Below the pieces are notes generated by a model. It searched no databases. It saw only the letters and a list, made by a program, of their open reading frames with translations, and had not been told where the DNA came from. A stretch of DNA of 64,000 nt from Candidatus Latescibacterota bacterium (GTDB lineage: Bacteria; Latescibacterota; UBA2968; UBA8231). Position 1 is the first letter of the stretch. The number at the start of each line of letters is the position of its first letter. The DNA lies in the NCBI GenBank assembly GCA_965243025.1, contig CBDETY010000003.1, positions 2,048,001 through 2,112,000 of the forward strand. The letters are read 5' to 3'. Positions 1-10,591 of the stretch are shown in pieces. The position numbers and the translations under genes are program-made.

Positions 1-1084
1 GATCAGGTTCGATCCCTTCGGGGGCGCCCCCGAGGACACCACCCTGGCGGCCCGGGAAACCGACGCCCTGGAGTACAGCCTCTACGCCGAGGACGACCTG
101 CGCCTGAGCAGCCGCCTGAAGGCCAACCTCGGGCTGCACACCTCCGGCTTCCTCGTCGACGAGGAGTTCTACGCCTCCCTGCAGCCCCGGGTTTCGATGC
201 GCTACCTGCTGACTTCGGACTGGGCGGTGAAGACCTCCTACGCGCAGATGCGCCAGTACATCCACCTGCTCTCCAACAGCACCGTCGGCCTGCCGACGGA
301 CCTGTGGCTGCCGGCCACCGGGCGGGTTCGCCCCCAGAGGTCGCGGCAGGCGGGCATCGGCCTGGCGCGGCAGCTCGAGGAGCAGTACGAACTGAGCATC
401 GAGGGGTACTACAAGACCATGACGGAGCTGATCGAGTACCGGGAAGGGGCGACCTTTCTCGCCGGCTCCGGGGAGAGCGAGGACTGGCAGGACAAGGTGG
501 CGACCGGGAAGGGATGGTCGTACGGGGCGGAGCTGTTCCTGCAGAAGAAGCGCGGCCGCACCACCGGCTGGGCGGGGTACACCCTTTCCTGGACCCGGAG
601 GCGGTTCGAAGAGCTCAACGAAGGCCGAACCTTCCCCTACCGCTACGACCGCCGGCACGATCTCGCCGTCGTCCTCTCGCGGCAGCTCAGCGGGTCGACG
701 AGCTTCTCCCTGACCTGGGTGTACGGGACCGGCAACGCCGCCACCCTGCCCGTTGCCCGGTACGACAGCGAGGCTGAAGAGCCCGGGTTCACCCGGTTGC
801 CCTGGCCCAACTACCTGCCGCATGAAACCGTGATCTACGGGGAACGCAACGGCTACCGCATGGCGGCCTTCCACCACCTCGACTTCAGCGTCAACTTCGG
901 CCTCGCCGACAGCGACCGGCACGGGTTCAGCCTCGGGGTGTACAACGCCTACAACCGCAAGAACCCGTTCTTCATCTACTTCGAGGACCGTTACGACTAC
1001 GACAGGGAGGTCAGACAGTTCCGCGCCAAGCAGGTTAGCCTCTTTCCCCTTCTTCCCTGGATCAACTACCGGTTCAAGTTCTGA
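1..1084 (+). CDS. TonB-dependent outer-membrane receptor, C-terminal part (5' end outside window)
   Basis: Frame is open from position 2. Amphipathic beta-strands, SYGAELFLQKK, YDRRHD, LGVYNAYNRKNPF and a terminal aromatic residue (NYRFKF), as in Bacteroidetes-type TBDRs. Confidence 0.88.
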   Translation, partial: IRFDPFGGAPEDTTLAARETDALEYSLYAEDDLRLSSRLKANLGLHTSGFLVDEEFYASLQPRVSMRYLLTSDWAVKTSYAQMRQYIHLLSNSTVGLPTDLWLPATGRVRPQRSRQAGIGLARQLEEQYELSIEGYYKTMTELIEYREGATFLAGSGESEDWQDKVATGKGWSYGAELFLQKKRGRTTGWAGYTLSWTRRRFEELNEGRTFPYRYDRRHDLAVVLSRQLSGSTSFSLTWVYGTGNAATLPVARYDSEAEEPGFTRLPWPNYLPHETVIYGERNGYRMAAFHHLDFSVNFGLADSDRHGFSLGVYNAYNRKNPFFIYFEDRYDYDREVRQFRAKQVSLFPLLPWINYRFKF

Positions 1085-1101
1085 ACTCCCGGGCCTCCGC
1101 G

Positions 1102-2040
1102 ATGAAAGCCGCCCTGCGCCTCCTTCCGCTCCTCGTCCCCCTGTGCGCCTGCGAGCAGGTGATCGAGCCCGACCTGCCGGAGCATCCTCCCCGGCTGGTT
1201 CTGCATGCCTTTTTCACCTCCGAAGGGGCCTGGACCGCCAACGTCGGCCGCTCTTCCTGGATTCTCGAGCCCCGGTCCTTCTATGACCCGCCGGTCGCCG
1301 ATGCCACCGTGGAGCTGCTGGCCGGAGAAGGGGTCGTCGGCGAGCTGGAGTTCAACGAATGGGCGCACGGGTACGTGTTCGAAGGCGGCCCGCTGCAAGC
1401 GGGAGAATCCTACTCCCTGCGGGCAACGGCCCCCGACTTCGAGACGGTCCGGGCAACCGACACCCTGCCCGGGCCCGTGCCGACCTCCGTCCGGTTGTAC
1501 CGCCCCCATGCCTCCGCCGGCTCCGAGTCCGGGGCCGGCCGCGATTTCTCGATCGAGCTGGAGATTCAGGATCCCCCCGGGGAGGCGAACTACTACCAGA
1601 TCAGCCTGTTTCGCGTTTACGCAGGAAGGGGAGAGGAGGACGAAGCCCGGGACTTCATCCCGGCATCCCGACAGGAGGAGTATTTCTCGACCAGGGACCC
1701 CTCGATCCTGGCGGACAACAGCTTTGACGGATCGCCGTTCGAAGAGGGGGACTTCGAGGGCAAGGCGCCGTATTTCAAGGACACCCTTTTCGACGGCAGC
1801 ACCCACGAGATCGAGCTGTCCACCAACTTCGACGGGGACCCGGATTTTTCGGAGATCCGTCTCCAGGTCCTGCACATCAGCGAGGCGTACTACCAGTATC
1901 TCAAGACCGCCCGGCTCCACGATGACACCCTGGACAACCCGTTCGCCGAGCCGTTGAACGTGTACGGCAACGTCGAGAACGGGTACGGCATCTTCGCGGG
2001 GTACAGCTCGCGGACCTTCGAGCTGACCCTCGATGAGTGA
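1102..2040 (+). CDS. DUF4249-family lipoprotein
   Basis: Lipobox LCAC followed by EQVIE; C-terminal ISEAYYQY...PFAEP..VYGNVENGYGIFAG; directly downstream of a TBDR, the usual pairing. Confidence 0.82.
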   Translation: MKAALRLLPLLVPLCACEQVIEPDLPEHPPRLVLHAFFTSEGAWTANVGRSSWILEPRSFYDPPVADATVELLAGEGVVGELEFNEWAHGYVFEGGPLQAGESYSLRATAPDFETVRATDTLPGPVPTSVRLYRPHASAGSESGAGRDFSIELEIQDPPGEANYYQISLFRVYAGRGEEDEARDFIPASRQEEYFSTRDPSILADNSFDGSPFEEGDFEGKAPYFKDTLFDGSTHEIELSTNFDGDPDFSEIRLQVLHISEAYYQYLKTARLHDDTLDNPFAEPLNVYGNVENGYGIFAGYSSRTFELTLDE

Positions 2041-2082
2041 AGGCGGCGGCCGGCCGCAGGTAATTCAAAACGAAAGAGAAAG

Positions 2083-3075
2083 ATGAAAGTTGCACTGGTG
2101 AGGAAGGCGAACCAGGAAACCCCGGGCTGGGTCCGGCCCGAGCTCGAGGCGGCCGGTTTCGAACTCGTCGAGCGCGTCTGCTCCGAGTCGCGGGAGGTGG
2201 TCGAGATCGCCGCCGACGCCGACATCCTCTGGGACCTGGGGGGCGTCAAGGCTATCACCGCGGAGATCCTGCCGGAACTGCGGCGCTGCGGCGCCATCAT
2301 CCGCGGCGGCAGCGGCACCGACAACATCCCGGTCGCCGAGGCGACGGGGATGGGCATCATCGTCGCCAACACCCCGGACGCCACCGCGGTCCCGGTTGCC
2401 GAGCACACCGTCGCCCTGATCCTGTCGATGACGCGCAGAATCCCGGTGCACGAGCGCGCCGTTCTGGACGGCACATGGGAACCGGAGAACCCCTGTCCCG
2501 AGCTGCTGCAGGGCAAGACCGTCGGGCTCGTCGGGTTCGGCCGCATCGCCCGGGCGGTGGCGGTGCGCCTGCGGGCGTTCGGAACCCGGCTGCTGGCCTG
2601 CGACCCGCTGGTCGACCCGGCCCTGATGGGAGAGCACGAGGTCGAAGGGATGAGCCTGGAGGAGATGCTGACGGCGTCGGACATCGTGTCGGTGCACACC
2701 CCCCTGCTGCCGGACACCCGGCACCTGATCGGCAGGCGGGAACTCGGGCTGATGAAACCGACCGCCATCCTGATCAACACATCGCGGGGCGGGGTGGTCG
2801 ACTCCGCGGCCCTCGCCGAGGCGCTCGAAAACGGCGGCATCGCCGCCGCGGGCCTGGATGTCCTCGAGCAGGAGCCGCCGGGGGACGACCCGCTGATCGG
2901 CCTGCCGAACACCCTCGTCACCCCGCACAGCGCCGGGTACCACCCGACCATGATGGAGCGGTTCTGCCGGCTGGCCGTCGACACCATCATCGACATGTCG
3001 CAGAAGCGCTGGCCGGTCTCGTACGTCAACCCCGGGGTCGAGCCGCGCTGGGAGATGGAGCCGCGACCGGGATGA
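2083..3075 (+). CDS. D-isomer-specific 2-hydroxyacid dehydrogenase (SerA/CtBP-like)
   Basis: GLVGFGRIA Rossmann motif, LINTSRG, GLDVLEQEP, VTPHSA. Confidence 0.9.
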   Translation: MKVALVRKANQETPGWVRPELEAAGFELVERVCSESREVVEIAADADILWDLGGVKAITAEILPELRRCGAIIRGGSGTDNIPVAEATGMGIIVANTPDATAVPVAEHTVALILSMTRRIPVHERAVLDGTWEPENPCPELLQGKTVGLVGFGRIARAVAVRLRAFGTRLLACDPLVDPALMGEHEVEGMSLEEMLTASDIVSVHTPLLPDTRHLIGRRELGLMKPTAILINTSRGGVVDSAALAEALENGGIAAAGLDVLEQEPPGDDPLIGLPNTLVTPHSAGYHPTMMERFCRLAVDTIIDMSQKRWPVSYVNPGVEPRWEMEPRPG

Positions 3076-4547
3076 GCCTCGAGCTGTTCCCGGGAAAGCA
3101 CCTGTTCCTCGACGATTTCCGCATCGAGGAGCTCACTGCGGCCAGGAGGGTGCTCAACCCGCCGGTCAAGCACCCGGCCAACCCCGTCCTGCGGCCGCGG
3201 GAACCGTGGGAGGAGATCGGCCTCCACCTCGGGCGCTTCCTCCACGACAGCGGCCGCGGCCTGTTCCGCGTCTGGTACAGCTCGCAGGCGGCCACCGTCA
3301 TCGGCACCCGGGTGCTGGTGAAGGACAACCCGCCGAGCAAGGTCCGCGAGTCCCACATCTGCTACGCGGAATCCGCCGACGCCGTCCACTGGGAACGCCC
3401 CGCCGCCGGCGTCACCGGGGAGGACCGCTACCCGGGCAACAACATCGTCGTCCCCTCGCTGCGCCCTCCCGGGCGCGCCTTTCTCAGCGCCCTGATCGAC
3501 GATCCGTTCGAGAGCGACCCGGAGCGCCGCTTCAAGATGATGTACCTCGACCAGGCCGCCGAAGGCGAGGTCGGAGGCGGCCTCGGTCCCGACGCGCGCC
3601 TGCGCCTGCACGCGCACTCCCCGGACGGCATCAACTGGACGCGGTACCCGTGGCTGCCCGACCACGTCGCCCGGCTGTTCGGCGTTCTCGCCTACCTCGA
3701 CGAGGCCCCCTCCAGCCGGCTCGACCCGGACGCCCGCTACATCCTCTACGGCCAGCGGGGATCCCCCTGGAAGACGCGGCAGATCGGCCGCCGCGACAGC
3801 GGCGACTTCCTCGAATGGAGCGGCAACCGGCCGGTGCTGGAAAGCCGGCTCGCCGACGACCCCCCCGGCCTCGAGTTCTACCACATGGAAGGAGCGGGGG
3901 TAAACCAGACCTACGCCGGACTCCACCTCGGCATGCTCGGGGCCTACCACACCGACCTGCGGCGCAAGTACGACCCGGCGCGCAACGACGGGCTCACCGA
4001 GTGCCAGCTCGCCTGGAGCCGCGACTCGGTGCGCTGGGAGCGCTGGGACGCCCCCTTCATCGCGCGGGGAGAGCCGGGGGCCTTCGACTGGGGCGGCGTG
4101 TACTGCGGCTACCCCGCAATCGCCGGCGACACCCTCTGCTTCATGTACACTGGCGAGAGCGGCCGCCACGGCCGGGAGAGCCGGCCCACCCTCGGCCTGG
4201 CCACCCTGAGACTGGACGGCTTCGTTTCGGTCGAGACCAGCGGCTTCATGCAAGGCACCCTCGTCACCCGCCCCCATCACTGGGACGCCGGAGAGGTCGC
4301 CGTAAACCTCCAGTCGGAGCGGGGCGGGGTCGCCGTGCAGCTCCAGGACGAGACGGGGCGGGCTTTCGAGGGGTTCGGCGAGGGGGACTGCGACGCGGTC
4401 CGGGAGGACGCCGTCGACCGGGTGGTCACCTGGGGCGGCGGTGCGGACGTACGCTCCCTCGAGGGAAAGATGGTGGCCCTGAAGTTCACGATCAGCCCGG
4501 GGGACAGGCTGTTCTCGTATACCCTGAGACCGTCCCGGGCGGCCTGA
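3072..4547 (+). CDS. Glycosidase-like five-bladed beta-propeller protein (GH32/GH130-like fold)
   Basis: ATG at 3072 overlaps the upstream TGA (ATGA). HLFLDD, KHPANPVL, YAESADAVHW, SPDGINW, LATLRLDGFVS. Confidence 0.65.
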   Translation: MSLELFPGKHLFLDDFRIEELTAARRVLNPPVKHPANPVLRPREPWEEIGLHLGRFLHDSGRGLFRVWYSSQAATVIGTRVLVKDNPPSKVRESHICYAESADAVHWERPAAGVTGEDRYPGNNIVVPSLRPPGRAFLSALIDDPFESDPERRFKMMYLDQAAEGEVGGGLGPDARLRLHAHSPDGINWTRYPWLPDHVARLFGVLAYLDEAPSSRLDPDARYILYGQRGSPWKTRQIGRRDSGDFLEWSGNRPVLESRLADDPPGLEFYHMEGAGVNQTYAGLHLGMLGAYHTDLRRKYDPARNDGLTECQLAWSRDSVRWERWDAPFIARGEPGAFDWGGVYCGYPAIAGDTLCFMYTGESGRHGRESRPTLGLATLRLDGFVSVETSGFMQGTLVTRPHHWDAGEVAVNLQSERGGVAVQLQDETGRAFEGFGEGDCDAVREDAVDRVVTWGGGADVRSLEGKMVALKFTISPGDRLFSYTLRPSRAA

Positions 4548-4667
4548 CGAAGCGGCCGCTCGGCCGGCGCCGTCGGCCGGGACCCCGCGCCCGGCGGAAA
4601 CCGTCCGGGGCACCCCGACGGAGCGGACCCCCGCGGCCCCCCGGGCCGGAAGAGGCCGCGTCCCGAA

Positions 4668-5966
4668 TCAGAAACGGATGGTGAACCGGGTCGGTTCGGA
4701 CGGTGGGCTCTCGAGGGAAAAGGCGAAACCGTGCCGGGTCAGGATCTCCTGGACCAGGGTCAGGCCGAGGCCCTGGCGGTTCTCCCTGGTACTGAAGAAC
4801 GGGGTGAACAGGTTGCCGGCCGCTTCCGGGTCGATCCCGGGCCCGGTGTCCTCGACCGCGGCGAACCGCCGGCCCCCGGTCTGCCCGAGGCGGACCGTTA
4901 TCCTCCCCTTCCCGCCGATCGCCTCCATCGCATTCTTCAGGATGTTGACGAACACCTGCTCCATCTGGTTCTCGTCCATCGGGACCGGTTCGAGGTCGGC
5001 CTGAACATCCCACTCCCACTCGATTTCGCGGCGCTCGCACTCGGCCCGCATCAGCAGGGCGATGCCGCGCAGAAGGGCCTCGAGGTCGACGGGCTGCGGG
5101 CGCGGCGCCGGCAGCTGCACCACCTCGGCGAAGCTGCCCATGAAGGAGCTGAGACGGTCGATGCGGCCGCTGGCCACCTGCAGGGCGTTCTCGAAATCGC
5201 CGCGGTCGGCTTCCCGCAGCTGTTCCCCGTAATGGAGGCAGGAGTGCAGGAGGGAGTTGACCGCCCCCGTCGAGTTGTTGACCTCGTGCGCGAGCAGGCG
5301 GATGACCTTCTCGTAGGCCGCCTTCTCCGAGAGGCGCAGCTCCTCGGTCAGCTCCTCCATCAGGATGAAGGCACGCGGGAACCCCTTGTCGAGGAACTGC
5401 GATTTGCGGCAGCGCACCCGCTGGCCCGCCAGTGACAGCACCCGGGAGTCGCCGACCGGCAGGTCCTCAAGGGAGCGGGCGAAGGGAGTTCCCAGCTCTT
5501 CCAGGCCCCGGCCGCGCGCCTCCCCTTCGGCCACCCCCAGCATGCGGGCGGCGCTGGGATTTTCCAGGACGACCTTGCCGTCGAAGTCGAGGGTGACGAT
5601 CCCGGACGGCGAGGCCTCGAGGATCTTCTCCATGAAGAAATGCTGCTCCTGCAGGCGCGTGCGCTCCTCGCGCAGCTGGTCGATCATGCGGTTGTACACG
5701 CGCACCAGCCCGTCCATCTCCGGCTGGCCCACTTCGGTGAACTTGCTGGTGAAGTCGCGCTCGCCGATGAGCTCGGCGCCGGTGTGGATCAGGTCGAACG
5801 GCACCCGGAAACGCTGGACCAGGCGCACGCAGATCCACAGCGACAGCACGAGCAGCAGGTCGAACCCCAGCAGGTAGGGCCAGGGTTCAATCAGCAGGTG
5901 TCCGGCAACCGCGCCTGCGAGGTGTATGCAGACGAGGTAGCCGGCGAGCTTGAAGCGCAGGCTCAA
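4668..5966 (-). CDS. Sensor histidine kinase (two TM helices, HAMP/PAS, HisKA, HATPase; NtrY-like)
   Basis: TTG at 5966 overlaps the regulator stop (TTGA). LAHEVNN H-box, NILKNAMEA N-box, DTGPGI, FTPFFST, GLGL. Confidence 0.9.
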   Translation of the reverse strand: MSLRFKLAGYLVCIHLAGAVAGHLLIEPWPYLLGFDLLLVLSLWICVRLVQRFRVPFDLIHTGAELIGERDFTSKFTEVGQPEMDGLVRVYNRMIDQLREERTRLQEQHFFMEKILEASPSGIVTLDFDGKVVLENPSAARMLGVAEGEARGRGLEELGTPFARSLEDLPVGDSRVLSLAGQRVRCRKSQFLDKGFPRAFILMEELTEELRLSEKAAYEKVIRLLAHEVNNSTGAVNSLLHSCLHYGEQLREADRGDFENALQVASGRIDRLSSFMGSFAEVVQLPAPRPQPVDLEALLRGIALLMRAECERREIEWEWDVQADLEPVPMDENQMEQVFVNILKNAMEAIGGKGRITVRLGQTGGRRFAAVEDTGPGIDPEAAGNLFTPFFSTRENRQGLGLTLVQEILTRHGFAFSLESPPSEPTRFTIRF

Positions 5967-7333
5967 GGGGTGAGCCCGTGCTTCTCGAAGCGGCGGTAGA
6001 GCGCCGCCCGGCTCAGTCCCAGGGCCTGGGCAACCCGGCTGATGTTCCCCTTGTAGTGCTCCATGCAGCGGAGGATCATCGACCGCTCCAGCTCGTCGAG
6101 GGTCATGGTTCCCGGGGCCGGCAGGCCGCCCGCCCCGCCCGGACCTTCCGCGGGCTGCATGGCCAGGGCGGCTTCGAAATCGGCGGTTCCGAGGACGGTG
6201 CCGGAGCTCATCAGGGCGGTCCGCTCCAACAGCTGCTTCAGCTGGCGGATGTTTCCCGGCCAGGGAAGGGCCTGCAGCCAGCCGAGGGCTTCCGCGTCGA
6301 TCTCGAGGTCGCGGCGGTACACATGGGCGGCCCCCTGCGCGAAATGGCGCGCCAGCAGCGGTATGTCCCCCGGCCGCCGGCGCAGCGGCGGCAGGTGCAG
6401 GACGATGAGGTTGAGGCGGTAGAGCAGGTCCTCGCGGAAGTCTCCCGACTCGACCAGCTCCAGCAGGTTGCGGTTGGTCGCCGAGATCACCCGCACGTCG
6501 ACGGAACGGGTCCTGTCCGACCCGAGCACCTCGTAGGTGCGGTCCTGCAGCACGCGCAGGAGCTTGACCTGGCACCCCGGGGCGAGGTCGCCGATCTCGT
6601 CGAGGAAGATGGTCCCTCCGTCGGCCAGGGCGAAGCGGCCGGCGCGGTCCTGGCGCGCGTCGGTGAAGGCCCCCTTGACGTGCCCGAACATCTCGCTGTC
6701 GAACAGGGTCGAGGAGACGCCGCCGAGGTTGACCTTGACGAACGGCCGGTCGTTGCGGCCGCTGTTGCGGAAGATGGCCTGGGCGATCTCGTCCTTGCCG
6801 GTGCCGCTCTCGCCAGTGATCAGCACCGAGGCCTCGGTGGGGGCGACGCGGCGGACCGCCTCGAGCAGCTTGAGCAGCTCCGGGTCGCAGCCGATGACGT
6901 TGCTGAAGTCCCCCTGGCGGTCGAGCTCCTCGCGGGTTACTTCGGCTTTACCGGCAGGGGTTGCCGCGGCCAGGCTTAGGGCTGTCTTCACCGCCTGCAG
7001 TATCTGGCTGTTCGTCCAGGGCTTGGTGACGAAGTCCGCGGCCCCGGCCTTGATCCCCTGCACCGCCAGCTCGATGGAGCCCCAGGCAGTGATCAGGATG
7101 ACCGGCAGGTCGGCATGCTGGCGCCTGATCTCCCGCAGCAGCTCCATCCCCTCCTCGCCGCTGGTCCGGCGCGAGAAGTTCATGTCCTGCAGGACCAGTT
7201 CGCACGGGCCGCGGGCCAGCGATTCGAGGGCCTCCTGCGGAGTGGCCGCGGTCCCTGTCTGGTATCCGGCCTGCTTGAGCAGCAGGGACAGGGAGGCGGT
7301 CACCGAGCTGTCGTCGTCCACCACCAGGATCAT
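5963..7333 (-). CDS. Sigma-54-dependent response regulator (NtrC family: receiver, AAA+, Fis HTH)
   Basis: ILVVDDD, QDMN, GESGTGKD, GAFTDA, FLDEIG, FREDLLYRL, WPGNIRQL, C-terminal HTH. Confidence 0.95.
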   Translation of the reverse strand: MILVVDDDSSVTASLSLLLKQAGYQTGTAATPQEALESLARGPCELVLQDMNFSRRTSGEEGMELLREIRRQHADLPVILITAWGSIELAVQGIKAGAADFVTKPWTNSQILQAVKTALSLAAATPAGKAEVTREELDRQGDFSNVIGCDPELLKLLEAVRRVAPTEASVLITGESGTGKDEIAQAIFRNSGRNDRPFVKVNLGGVSSTLFDSEMFGHVKGAFTDARQDRAGRFALADGGTIFLDEIGDLAPGCQVKLLRVLQDRTYEVLGSDRTRSVDVRVISATNRNLLELVESGDFREDLLYRLNLIVLHLPPLRRRPGDIPLLARHFAQGAAHVYRRDLEIDAEALGWLQALPWPGNIRQLKQLLERTALMSSGTVLGTADFEAALAMQPAEGPGGAGGLPAPGTMTLDELERSMILRCMEHYKGNISRVAQALGLSRAALYRRFEKHGLTP

Positions 7334-7404
7334 GGGCGGGTGTCCTATGTCAGGAAGATCGAATCAACGGGACCGGTTTGAGCTTTGGCATTCTTCCTCT
7401 TTCC

Positions 7405-7959
7405 TCAAAGAAACAGTTCCGAAATCGCCACCCCCGCACCGATATAAGTACCCGTAAGCCAGAGATCAGAACCCGACACTACCGTTACCACGACCGCCCC
7501 CATGCTCAAGACCCCCCAGAGACTGCCCTCCTTTGTGCTTTTCATTCTCTTGACGCGAATGCGCTTTTCAAAACCTTCCCGGAAACCCTGGACATACTCC
7601 TTCTCCTTGTCCTGCAGGTGATCCATCTGTGTCCACGGCAGGTTCGCGTCACTCGATTCCGCCAGTCGGGGGGCCAGCTTCATGCCGATCACGTTGAGAA
7701 AGAAGCCGCTGGCATACCCACCCCAGAACCACCCCTGGGTCCCTTCGATTTCTGCGGACTTCTCGCCGTCGAGCAACCCCCGATCCCTCGTGTACCCCGG
7801 CGGGGACGCTTGCGCTCCACCCGGCCCTTGCGCAAGAACAAACGCCAGGTGCAGCCGCTCCCCGGGGAATCTATCCGTATACCGGGGCCCGGCTTCAACA
7901 GGTGCCATTACCGCTGCACTCATAACCCCAAGTGCAAAGATCAACGGCGACAGTTTCAC
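7405..7959 (-). CDS. Hypothetical exported/membrane protein (184 aa)
   Basis: GTG at 7959 after an AAGGAG RBS; signal-peptide-like MKLSPLIFALGVMSAAVMAPVEA; hydrophobic C-terminus. Confidence 0.6.
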   Translation of the reverse strand: MKLSPLIFALGVMSAAVMAPVEAGPRYTDRFPGERLHLAFVLAQGPGGAQASPPGYTRDRGLLDGEKSAEIEGTQGWFWGGYASGFFLNVIGMKLAPRLAESSDANLPWTQMDHLQDKEKEYVQGFREGFEKRIRVKRMKSTKEGSLWGVLSMGAVVVTVVSGSDLWLTGTYIGAGVAISELFL

Positions 7960-7999
7960 AATGTTCTCCTTTCGTACGAGGCAGAACTTCCCACCCGGC

Positions 8000-9277
8000 T
8001 CAGTCGTGATGCAGCGCCTCGGCCGGACGCACGCGCGCCGCCAGCCAGCTGGGGTATAGCCCGCACAGCATGACCACTGAAAAAAGAACAAGTGCCGTGG
8101 CCCCCACCCCGCAGGCGGCCACCCAGGCCGGCACGCGGCTCCACAACACCATATCCAGCAGCCCGAACTGAAAGATCGGGAAACAGCCCAGCACAATGGC
8201 CGCGGTCACCAGCACGGCCAGTTCCCCAAGGAACTGCCCATATATCCGGCCGCCGGGAGCCCCCACGGCGCGCCGTATGCCGATCTCCCGGGTTCGGCGG
8301 CGCACGTTCTGCCACATTATTCCGATTAGTCCCAAGGCAACCATGAGAATCATCAGACCGCTGATCACCGCGATTCTCGTCAGCAGCGGAAGCCGGTTTT
8401 GCCGATTGAACTCCCTGATTCCCGCAAGGGATCCTACGCTGAATTTCATGGACTGGTCCGGGGGAACCACCGCCTTGATACGCGATTTGAGCTTTTCGCC
8501 GAATTCCGGTCCCGCGTCCGGATAAGGTTTTATCAGGAAACAGATCCAGTTCTGCGTCGGATTGGCCAACCACTTATTGGAAAGCCGGAGGAAGATGAAG
8601 CCGGGAGTTTTTACAGACAGGTGTCCATCTCCACCGAAATTCATGAAATAGAAACAGTCCTCGATGACCCCGACAACTCGAACCTCGGTGGGATCTGGGG
8701 TGTTGTACCCATCCTTCAGATTGGCATCGAATACCGGTGAGTCCCCGATGGCTTTGCCCAGCGGATCCGCATCGCCGAATAAAACCCGGCTCAGCTCCTG
8801 GTCGATGACAGCGGGGGTCCAGTCGAAGCCTTCGTCCTCCGTACCAAACCAGCGCCCGCTGAGCAGCCGCGGCTTCAGGACTTCCAGGCCCTCGTCCGAG
8901 ATATGGACGGAACTGATTCCATTCCACGAATTTGAGAACCGAAGCGGGGCGTTACTTGCCAGAGCCACTTCCTCGACCTGATCGAGCCCTCGGACCTCCC
9001 GCTCCACCAGCTCGATATTCCGCCGGTGCTCTTCCCCGGCTTTTTCCCACTTTTCCCTGCTCATGCCCCTTCGTTCACTAAAGAGATCCCGGGCTTGAAG
9101 ATTGGAGTACCACAAACCCTCATACTCGAATCCCAGCGGCTTCAACTCCTCCGCGGCGAACAGCACCCATCCGGCGACCAGAGGAGTCAGCACCAGGAAC
9201 GACAGCAAGAGCTCCCCGGCAAGAAACAGGTTGGTTCTACGCCGGTTCCACGCCATGCGGCACAGGTGAGCGATCAT
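8000..9277 (-). CDS. ABC transporter permease (MacB/FtsX family)
   Basis: ATG at 9277 overlaps the upstream stop; RRTREIGIRRAVGA; PSWLAARVRPAEALHHD. Confidence 0.9.
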   Translation of the reverse strand: MIAHLCRMAWNRRRTNLFLAGELLLSFLVLTPLVAGWVLFAAEELKPLGFEYEGLWYSNLQARDLFSERRGMSREKWEKAGEEHRRNIELVEREVRGLDQVEEVALASNAPLRFSNSWNGISSVHISDEGLEVLKPRLLSGRWFGTEDEGFDWTPAVIDQELSRVLFGDADPLGKAIGDSPVFDANLKDGYNTPDPTEVRVVGVIEDCFYFMNFGGDGHLSVKTPGFIFLRLSNKWLANPTQNWICFLIKPYPDAGPEFGEKLKSRIKAVVPPDQSMKFSVGSLAGIREFNRQNRLPLLTRIAVISGLMILMVALGLIGIMWQNVRRRTREIGIRRAVGAPGGRIYGQFLGELAVLVTAAIVLGCFPIFQFGLLDMVLWSRVPAWVAACGVGATALVLFSVVMLCGLYPSWLAARVRPAEALHHD

Positions 9278-10578
9278 CCTTCCCTCCTCCCCGTCAACGC
9301 CTTTACGGGATGCAGGCGCCCCATCTTCCAGGCCGGGTAGGTTCCTGAGAAGACCCCGAATAACAGAGCGAGCAACACCCCGTAAAAAAAGGTCCGAATC
9401 ATTACCTCGACATCCATGTACCCGCCGAAACCGAAGCCTCCGGGAAGTTTTGGAATGCCCCAGGTCAAGGGCAGACTGAGGACTGCGCCCACCAGGGTGA
9501 GCAGCACGTTTTCCGCCACGAACTGACCCACCAGGGTGCGGGTCGAAGCGCCGAACGACTTGCGCACTCCGATCTCGGAGGTGCGCTCCTCGATGCGCCC
9601 AATGTTGAGATTGACGAGGTGGAGGGCAGGCAGGAGCATGAAGAGCAGCATGTAACCACCCAGGGTGAAAAGCCGCCACCTGAGTTGGGCTGCTGCCACC
9701 TCCTGTGGGTCAACATCATGCCTGTAGTCCTTGCTCCAGTCCGACTTCCTCTGGCGTGCCCAATCCTCCAACGTCGTGAGAAGCGGTGCGGAAACGGCGG
9801 TGGGGGGAAAAGATTCGCCTGATGGGAGTTCCACCTGCTTCATGACGGTCGCTAATTCTGCCCGAATTTGCTCCATGTCCTCGGGCCGGGGCGCCAGCAC
9901 CGCGGCCATGAAATCCCCCAGCAGCTTGTAGGTGCGCCATGTCTCGGGAGGTGCGGTGGTCACAGGCACCCAGATCTCCCCGGAGTGTCTCCGGCGGGTA
10001 GCCCGAACGTCGGCCACCACCCCGACGACTCGGTAGTTCTGGCCGTCGATGGGCACACTCTTGCCGATCACCGCTTCGGAGCCGAAGAAGCGCTTGCCGA
10101 AGCCGGAGCTGATCACGGCGACGAAATCGCCGGTCTCCACTTCTTCCGGGCCATAGGGCCGGCCCTGGATAAAGTCGAAGCGGAAGACCTCCCAGTAAGC
10201 TTCATCGGTCATTATCACCCCTACATGCCCCTCCTCCGCGCCGCCCTGATGCCCCCGGTAGTCGACATCGGAGAACACTGTGACGTTTTCGGCGGTCTGG
10301 AGGGGGCGCACGTAGCGGTCGAGAAAGGCGTAACCGGGCCGGGACATCCCAAATCCTCTCGAAGGATCCGATGATTTCCGCACCACCATCAGCCAGCCGA
10401 GGTGCAGGGTGCGGTCGCTGTGGACCTCGGGCGGAATGGGCCCGGTTTCCTGATCGATGGAGGCCGCGGCCAGCATCAGCACCACCAGGGTGAAACAGAT
10501 CCCGAAGAGGTTGATCCCGGTGAAGAACTTGTGCCGCCAGAAGACCTTGAGTGCGACCTTCACGTAGTTCTTGAGCAT
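9274..10578 (-). CDS. ABC transporter permease (MacB/FtsX family)
   Basis: MLKNYVKVALK start; ERTSEIGVRKSFGA; YPAWKMGRLHPVKAL. Confidence 0.92.
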   Translation of the reverse strand: MLKNYVKVALKVFWRHKFFTGINLFGICFTLVVLMLAAASIDQETGPIPPEVHSDRTLHLGWLMVVRKSSDPSRGFGMSRPGYAFLDRYVRPLQTAENVTVFSDVDYRGHQGGAEEGHVGVIMTDEAYWEVFRFDFIQGRPYGPEEVETGDFVAVISSGFGKRFFGSEAVIGKSVPIDGQNYRVVGVVADVRATRRRHSGEIWVPVTTAPPETWRTYKLLGDFMAAVLAPRPEDMEQIRAELATVMKQVELPSGESFPPTAVSAPLLTTLEDWARQRKSDWSKDYRHDVDPQEVAAAQLRWRLFTLGGYMLLFMLLPALHLVNLNIGRIEERTSEIGVRKSFGASTRTLVGQFVAENVLLTLVGAVLSLPLTWGIPKLPGGFGFGGYMDVEVMIRTFFYGVLLALLFGVFSGTYPAWKMGRLHPVKALTGRREG

Positions 10579-10591
10579 GTCTCACTCCCCC

